The notes beneath the pieces are model-generated. The model did no database searches, was not told the origin of the DNA, and saw only the letters and a program-made list of their open reading frames with translations. Positions 44,465 through 50,020 of a stretch of DNA of 59,586 nucleotides are shown piece after piece. The stretch comes from Candidatus Chloroploca sp. Khr17. Lineage in GTDB: Bacteria > Chloroflexota > Chloroflexia > Chloroflexales > Chloroflexaceae. The position numbers and the translations under genes were made by a program. The stretch is taken from contig NZ_RYFF01000020.1 of NCBI RefSeq assembly GCF_004138165.1, forward strand, positions 33,982 through 93,567, written 5' to 3'. The first letter of the stretch is position 1, and each line of letters begins with the position of its first letter.

Positions 44465-45865
44465 CTATTGCAGTGGCTTCCCTTGATCTGGTTGAACCGA
44501 TGTTGGAAATACATAGCTGCGGTTGAACTCAGCGCAGAGGTCAGCCGCACTACGACAGGCCAGTTCAACTTGACGTACGATCAGACGACCTTGAAATTCG
44601 AGCAACTCACCAATGCGCTGGGATGGACGTGGTTGGGTCAAGGTTTCAAGCACATTGCGCACTACATCACGTAGGCGTATATGGGTACGCCAACCACCAG
44701 GAAAGAGTTGTTCAGTCACAATACGTACTACGTTATCATCACTCAACACGACTTGGACTTCAGGCGCTTGCTGCGGAAACTGTGAACCAGGATCAAGCTT
44801 AATAGCTTTGATCTGTAGCGGCTCTGTTTGCGCAACTGGCGCGACATTTACCATCCCCTCCGGCGTTTGCTGGGGTGCTGGGATTATCTCAGGGATATTC
44901 AGGGTCATTAGGGGCGGATGCGTAAAGGTAATCGTATACCAAACTCCGTTATCATCGCGCGTATGTACCTCCAGATGCGCCCCAGATCGCAAGGTCTGGC
45001 AGTACTGTTCCAGATCCTGTTGTTCGCGTGCAAAGCGGCCAGGAAGGGGAGGGATTGGCGGAATGCTTGCATCAGGTGGTGAACCTGAGAAAGGTGGTAT
45101 TTCAGGCGGCACGAAATCAGTCGCTGAACGACGAGTGTAAGAGGAACTTTCTAGATCGATGACCTCCAGGGTATCAGGAGGTTCCACATCTAGTGTGTAA
45201 GGTGAGGTATGTGGCTGCACCGGAGGATGGGAATGCAGATTGGCCCGGGCAGCACGGAGATCGGCCGGGTTGACTCCCCAGCGATCAGCAGTTCCTGATG
45301 TTGCGTGAGGAGGTTTTGGCGCAACTGTCTGTTGTTCTAGCGCAACCAGACCATCCAACAAGACGCGAAGGTCGCCTTCGACAAGCTCACATGGCACAGG
45401 CGTCGCACTCATCGTCTCACGGGGATAGTAGTGCCCATGGAGCAGAAATGTACCATCTTCAATGGTTACAAGTGGGGTGAAGATACCGTGGGGCAAATGA
45501 TAGGACTCATCGCTCAAGATATCGACCACCTGAAGCGTATCACCCGAACTTGGCCGATGCAAACCTGGCGGATGCTTATGCCACTCACCAACATAATCAA
45601 CGTGGTAGGTGGCGTAGTGCTGACGCCACGTTTCCAGGTCGCGTTGGCGAGCAAGTGCATCTGGAGCATAGGTATGCGCCCGTCGGTCGGCATTGCTACC
45701 AGGACCAGAGGCTGCCACAACGACGAGGTGGAGTCCATCGGGGAGTTGGAACATACGTCCAACCAGGATGCCGCCGGTCTCACGTCCAGGGCTCGTACAT
45801 GCCTCGTCGTACATCCGCTGATAGACATCTTGTTGGGCCAGATAGACGGTATTTGGTACTGGCAT
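44465..45865 (-). CDS. Island operon gene 7: JAB/MPN+ (JAMM) metallopeptidase fused to a C-terminal UEV/RWD-like domain.
   Basis: ATG 45865 lies one nt after the E2 stop codon (TAA 45869-45867). 'ETGGILVG'. An intact JAMM motif 'HKHPPGLHRPSSGD' (H-x-H-x7-S-x2-D) at 45539-45580. C-terminus 'IKAIKLDPGSQFPQQAPEVQVVL...GGWRTHIRLRDVVRNVL'. Confidence 0.85.
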   Translation of the reverse strand: MPVPNTVYLAQQDVYQRMYDEACTSPGRETGGILVGRMFQLPDGLHLVVVAASGPGSNADRRAHTYAPDALARQRDLETWRQHYATYHVDYVGEWHKHPPGLHRPSSGDTLQVVDILSDESYHLPHGIFTPLVTIEDGTFLLHGHYYPRETMSATPVPCELVEGDLRVLLDGLVALEQQTVAPKPPHATSGTADRWGVNPADLRAARANLHSHPPVQPHTSPYTLDVEPPDTLEVIDLESSSYTRRSATDFVPPEIPPFSGSPPDASIPPIPPLPGRFAREQQDLEQYCQTLRSGAHLEVHTRDDNGVWYTITFTHPPLMTLNIPEIIPAPQQTPEGMVNVAPVAQTEPLQIKAIKLDPGSQFPQQAPEVQVVLSDDNVVRIVTEQLFPGGWRTHIRLRDVVRNVLETLTQPRPSQRIGELLEFQGRLIVRQVELACRSAADLCAEFNRSYVFPTSVQPDQGKPLQ

Positions 45866-45866
45866 G

Positions 45867-46322
45867 TTAGTCTGCCTCAATTCCAGGCCAATAGGTTTTC
45901 CCTGACTCAAGCCAGGTTTCGTAGGCAAAGAACCAAGCGGCGGCTACCGCGATCACGGTTGCTGCCGTGGTTTGCTGGGCAAACGAACGATCACCAGGGT
46001 AGTAGAGGCATAGGTGTCCATCGTTATACTGGTGCTTGAGGCGGCCTGCTTGCTCGTCCTTCCAGACGGTAATCGCTGGGTTAATGGGATAAACTTTAGG
46101 CGGATCATCGGGAAAGTTGTCAGGATAGTAGAGTGCAATCTCATAGCGCCTTTCGCGATTACTCTCTAAGGTGCCGATCCAGACCAACTGGTTACTATCA
46201 CGCACGAGCTGAAACTGGGGAAAGCGCGTTTCCATAGCTCTCTTTTCCAGTACGAGTCGTGCGGGATTAAGGTCATACCACGCTGCATACCAGCGCATCG
46301 GACGGAGAATAGTTTGGCCCAT
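45867..46322 (-). CDS. Island operon gene 6: E2/UBC-like ubiquitin-conjugating-type enzyme with a candidate catalytic Cys.
   Basis: 'YEIALYYPDNFPDDPPKVYPINP' is the E2 flap motif (46098-46115). 'KHQYNDGHLCLYYPG' has the Cys codon at 46008-46010 (H..N..G.lC, as in E2 HPN...C). A C-terminal helix 'TVIAVAAAWFFAY' follows. Confidence 0.8.
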   Translation of the reverse strand: MGQTILRPMRWYAAWYDLNPARLVLEKRAMETRFPQFQLVRDSNQLVWIGTLESNRERRYEIALYYPDNFPDDPPKVYPINPAITVWKDEQAGRLKHQYNDGHLCLYYPGDRSFAQQTTAATVIAVAAAWFFAYETWLESGKTYWPGIEAD

Positions 46323-46387
46323 CGTAACTACCCTTATTCGTTGCTGCTTAACAGTGCTTTAGATGTCTATGTCCACAAGTGGATCGT

Positions 46388-46588
46388 TTATGCTCGTGTA
46401 AATAGGGCAAACCAGCGCTGCGGTTTAAGCACTGTCTTGCTCTGTGGATCGGTCTGCGCGACCTTGGGATCTTCTGGGACGTGCATCTTGCCATCCGGAC
46501 TGACGACAACTTCCTGTGCGGTGGCAAGACGCTTCTTAAGTTCTTCCAGGCTGGATTGTGGGCTACGAGGGGGTTGTGGCGTGCTCAT
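46388..46588 (-). CDS. Island operon gene 5: 66-aa hypothetical protein, probably disordered, occupying the position where a Ubl gene would be expected.
   Basis: ATG 46588 is preceded by a strong SD ('caggaggtacaccaccATG'). Sequence: MSTPQPPRSPQSSLEELKKRLATAQEVVVSPDGKMHVPEDPKVAQTDPQSKTVLKPQRWFALFTRA. There is no C-terminal Gly and no obvious beta-grasp pattern. Confidence 0.55.
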   Translation of the reverse strand: MSTPQPPRSPQSSLEELKKRLATAQEVVVSPDGKMHVPEDPKVAQTDPQSKTVLKPQRWFALFTRA

Positions 46589-46640
46589 GGTGGTGTACCT
46601 CCTGGGATTTGCTGACACGACTGGTATACGTACAAGGGAA

Positions 46641-47357
46641 TTAGATAATACGTTCGGTATATTGTGCCCAAACCGACTGTTGCGTCGGTGGCTGGTTCGT
46701 GACTTGAGCATAAGAAATGAGGCCCAAAAGGTTGTTGACCACTGCCAGCAGTGAACTATTGCCATTCCAACTGCGCAGAACAGACGAATCAAGTGCGAGG
46801 TGATGTTCGGCTAGTTCACCACAGGCATCAAACCCGAGCATGGTGGCAATGAGCTGCGGTGCGATAATTGGATAGTCATCCGTACAAATGAGATGGATCG
46901 AGACATTCTCCCCATCACTCCGTGCCACCCGGATCTGAACACAGTACTCTTCGACATCCGGGCGCCCGGCGAGGCTCACCGCCTCGTAACCATTACTGCG
47001 TAACTTCGCTACTTCTTGCGTCAAACGTTGCACCACATTTATTGGGGTAACATCAATCACTTGGCGACTTGCAACTGGGGTTCCGGCTGGTGTAAAACCA
47101 CCCGCGCCGGAACTCCAGGTTGGTACCTGCGATGAAAGCGTCGAAGTGTCTTCATGGATTGGCATTGGAGGCGGGCGCATGGTGGGACTAGCCGGTGGGA
47201 GAATGAACGCTTTACCCTGTTTTGATGTTACTTCTGATTGGCTCGTTGTGGCGCGTCGCCCACTCCCGCCTCGTTGGAGTACGAAGACAACGAGGATCAG
47301 GACGACGAGAACGAGGACGCCCCCACCAGCAATGATCAGCAGAATTGATGTATCCAA
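46641..47357 (-). CDS. Island operon gene 4: N-terminal TM anchor, Pro-rich linker and UEV/RWD-like domain.
   Basis: TTG start at 47357 follows GGAGG, which overlaps the upstream TAG ('TAGGAGGcgtcTTG'). TM 'ILLIIAGGGVLVLVVLILVVFVL'. 'VSIHLICTDDYPIIAPQLIATM...SWNGNSSLLAVVNNLL'. Confidence 0.7.
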   Translation of the reverse strand: MDTSILLIIAGGGVLVLVVLILVVFVLQRGGSGRRATTSQSEVTSKQGKAFILPPASPTMRPPPMPIHEDTSTLSSQVPTWSSGAGGFTPAGTPVASRQVIDVTPINVVQRLTQEVAKLRSNGYEAVSLAGRPDVEEYCVQIRVARSDGENVSIHLICTDDYPIIAPQLIATMLGFDACGELAEHHLALDSSVLRSWNGNSSLLAVVNNLLGLISYAQVTNQPPTQQSVWAQYTERII

Positions 47358-47365
47358 GACGCCTC

Positions 47366-49150
47366 CTAGCGGGGTATGATGCGTACCAGATAAGTCGCAC
47401 TGGTACTCAGATCCAGGTTCGCTTCGCCTACCATCGGCAATTCCGCCAGGCTCAGCAAGTAACGTCCACTGGGTAGGGCCGCACTCGCGACACCTGTCTG
47501 ATCAGTCACGATCTGGCGATTGCCGCTCGATCCCACAAGGTTGAGTACCAGATTAGAGGTAGGTGCAATAATCAGCAGATTGACCGGATCGCCATTGATC
47601 TGCGTTGCGAGACGACGATCCGTAAGCAAACGCGTCCATTCAGATGCATCGAGTCGGGTTGTAATGATTTGATAGGCACTCGTGCTTGCAAGCAAAGCTT
47701 CGGCTTCGCGCTTGAGTTGGCGCGCACTTTCCCCACGATCCTCTGCAACCTGAGCAAGGCTAAGTGCGGCGTTGGCCTGAGCGAGCGCGTCGGTGCCAAC
47801 TGTCCCGCCGCGTTCGAGCAAGGCTAGACCGTAACCGACATAAGAATCGTAGAGCCACTGCTCGACGGTGCGTACCGCAGGGTCGCTTGTGTTAGGCCTT
47901 AATTGCACGGCCTGTTCAAGTTCGCTGATCAGGGCGGGCCATGTAGCGACACTTGCATCGCGGAATTGTGTCGCCCGTGCAATCCACTTCAAACGATCAG
48001 CTAGTCCTTCAAGATCTTGCTCCAGAGTTGCAGCAAGTACATAATGCTCGTGAGACTCAATGACATCCGTGGCAAAGAGGAGGTCACCCCATGCCAGCTG
48101 GGCTTGTGCCAAGCGGGTCTTGACGCCTATCGCTGCTTCAGGACTCTGCGCTTCAGGGTGGAGAACATGGATCTGTTCAAGCAGGGCTACTACTTGTGCC
48201 CAACTTGCCGTGGTATTCACTGCCCATAGTTGCTCGGCCTCAGTCCAGAGCGTCTTCGTCCGGGCTTCGATAACAGCAACTAGTCCAGCCTGAGCATCAG
48301 AGGAGGCTGGATCAAGCGCGAGAGCCTGGCGAAACATGGCTTCCGCCTGATCAAGTTGGTTCGCTTCGAGGAGTGCGGACGCATAACGCTCATAGGCGGT
48401 GATGAGCGGGATTGGATTGGCAACCAGGCTACCGCAACTACCACCCACCCCGCTCTGACCACGGTTGTGCATTGCTTCGAGGGTATGGGTTACTTGCGCG
48501 AGGGATTCGCGATCACCGACTGCATAGGCTTGAGCCACGAACTGCTGCTCGGAAGCGCACGGATCGTAGAGCAAGGTATAGTAGAGTAGCAACCCCCCGG
48601 CAATGAGCAGGGTGACACCTCCACCTACCACGGCTAAGATCTTCCCTGTGGCGGAACGACGCGTTGGGGTAGGAAGGGGACGTTCTTCACGAGGTGGCAA
48701 CTCCTTAGGGAATGGCACATCAAGTGGTGGCATGGGGGCCACCGGTTCAGCAATGCGTGCAAGCCGTAGATTGGAACTCTGTACGCTGTCCTGGACTTCC
48801 AGAACGATTTCGTAGAGCATCTGGCGACTCGACCAACTGAGACGGGTTTTTGACTCGACATCAATCGGGAGTTCTTGTAACTCGCCGTAGCTTGTTGTGC
48901 CGGGTGTGGTCACGGTGACCACAAGATTGGGCGCCGTAGCTGGAAAATTTGCATCAAGCTGGAAGTAGAGATGCACCGGCTGTGGCCCTTCGTGCGTGTC
49001 ACGAACCAACTCTACTGTTAAGTAGTAGCGCTGAGCACTCGCGTCCTGCTGGAGGTCGCAAGCATAGCCCATATCACGGATGGCCTTGACCTCTTGACCA
49101 ATGCGCTCAGCGTGACTTTGGTCAGCGGCCATGGGGGGGAGGGATGACAT
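47366..49150 (-). CDS. Island operon gene 3: UEV/RWD-like domain, TM, helical (TPR-like) repeats and a C-terminal CarboxypepD_reg-like beta-sandwich.
   Basis: 'PVHLYFQLDANFPATAPNLVVTV...SWSSRQMLYEIVLEV'. TM 'ILAVVGGGVTLLIAGGLLLYYTLLY'. Repeats 'SWAQVVALLEQIHVLHP' and 'TWPALISELEQAVQLRP'. C-terminus 'DQTGVASAALPSGRYLLSL'. Confidence 0.75.
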   Translation of the reverse strand: MSSLPPMAADQSHAERIGQEVKAIRDMGYACDLQQDASAQRYYLTVELVRDTHEGPQPVHLYFQLDANFPATAPNLVVTVTTPGTTSYGELQELPIDVESKTRLSWSSRQMLYEIVLEVQDSVQSSNLRLARIAEPVAPMPPLDVPFPKELPPREERPLPTPTRRSATGKILAVVGGGVTLLIAGGLLLYYTLLYDPCASEQQFVAQAYAVGDRESLAQVTHTLEAMHNRGQSGVGGSCGSLVANPIPLITAYERYASALLEANQLDQAEAMFRQALALDPASSDAQAGLVAVIEARTKTLWTEAEQLWAVNTTASWAQVVALLEQIHVLHPEAQSPEAAIGVKTRLAQAQLAWGDLLFATDVIESHEHYVLAATLEQDLEGLADRLKWIARATQFRDASVATWPALISELEQAVQLRPNTSDPAVRTVEQWLYDSYVGYGLALLERGGTVGTDALAQANAALSLAQVAEDRGESARQLKREAEALLASTSAYQIITTRLDASEWTRLLTDRRLATQINGDPVNLLIIAPTSNLVLNLVGSSGNRQIVTDQTGVASAALPSGRYLLSLAELPMVGEANLDLSTSATYLVRIIPR

Positions 49151-49207
49151 AGCAACTACTCTCTTGTAAGCGACGCGAATGCCCAGCGTTGACGAGCCTT
49201 ACGAAAC

Positions 49208-50017
49208 TCAGATCCGGCCATAGAGATCAGTAACAATCGTTGCCAGACGACACGAACCGTCCCAGGGGAAGAAGATTCCGGAACCAATATTGAGCGAGGT
49301 GCCATGGCGCTCGACAACCACGGAAGGTGGTTGCTGAGGGTAAGTTGGCTCACACACCATATAGATCGTCGTCCCATCCTGTGGTCGGGTAACGGTTACG
49401 CAGCACGTGCCGTCTTGGAGGGTATTGATCTGGACGGTGCCAAATTGGGCCAGTGCTATGCGCTCACCAGCGATACGCTCGGCGAGATCCAAACTAGGAC
49501 GAGGTGTGGCTCCCCCTACCGTCTGGTGCGGGCTAGGTGGTGGATCAGGTGGTAGTAATGGCCCCGAACTACGTAGCCCAGCAGTAGGGGAGGCGTTCGT
49601 TCTAGCTATGAGTCCGCTCGTCCGGAGATTGCCGTCCGACCTAGAGGCTATAGTAGGCCCGCGGCCCATTGAACTGCCAAGCACGAGGCCAAGCAGTAGG
49701 CCGGGAGCTGTCCCAAGCAGCATTGCCACACTGTACATACGCAAACTCCCAAGGGCTAGTCCTAGATTATCGCTCAGCAGCATATTTAGGACACCACAAA
49801 GCAGCACAAAGACGAGCGCACTAGCTGCGGGGCCAACGAAGATCGCCCAGTGGTAACCTTGTGCGACACGCCCGCGTAAGAGTAGACCTCCACCCAGGCC
49901 CCCGATGATCAGCCCGATCATTGCCAGAGCTAGAACCACCAGCGGGTTCGTGCTGATCAATAGGCCCATGCCCAGGAAGAAGAGACAACTGACGATGATA
50001 ACCATTGCTGCAAGCAT
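49208..50017 (-). CDS. Island operon gene 2: 4-TM Gly-zipper membrane domain, Pro-rich linker and UEV/RWD-like domain.
   Basis: ATG 50017 lies 3 nt after the upstream TAA, with GGAGGA inside the last codons of the upstream gene. TM segments include 'GLIIGGLGGGLLL'. 'TTIYMVCEPTYPQQPPSVVVER...PWDGSCRLATIVTDLY'. Confidence 0.75.
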   Translation of the reverse strand: MLAAMVIIVSCLFFLGMGLLISTNPLVVLALAMIGLIIGGLGGGLLLRGRVAQGYHWAIFVGPAASALVFVLLCGVLNMLLSDNLGLALGSLRMYSVAMLLGTAPGLLLGLVLGSSMGRGPTIASRSDGNLRTSGLIARTNASPTAGLRSSGPLLPPDPPPSPHQTVGGATPRPSLDLAERIAGERIALAQFGTVQINTLQDGTCCVTVTRPQDGTTIYMVCEPTYPQQPPSVVVERHGTSLNIGSGIFFPWDGSCRLATIVTDLYGRI

Positions 50018-50020
50018 GGG

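Noticed and set aside
45431-46039. 202-aa + strand ORF across the JAB/E2 junction.
   Set aside because: It is antisense to two well-supported, translationally coupled genes. It has no motifs.
46388-46792. The long 134-aa version of the small ORF upstream of the E2 gene.
   Set aside because: The upstream 68 codons overlap the 3' end of 46641-47357 and read as nonsense. The internal ATG at 46588 has a strong AGGAGG SD, so I kept the 66-aa version.
49230-49260. The Cys in 'PWDGSCRLATIV' (49208-50017 protein) and in 'NWTPQCDLLVLV' (SPFH fusion, ~41840-41875) as second and third active E2 sites.
   Set aside because: These Cys residues lie after the conserved Trp, at the start of the helix. The catalytic Cys of E2 enzymes sits before it, and there is no preceding H-x-N element. 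They are most likely non-catalytic.
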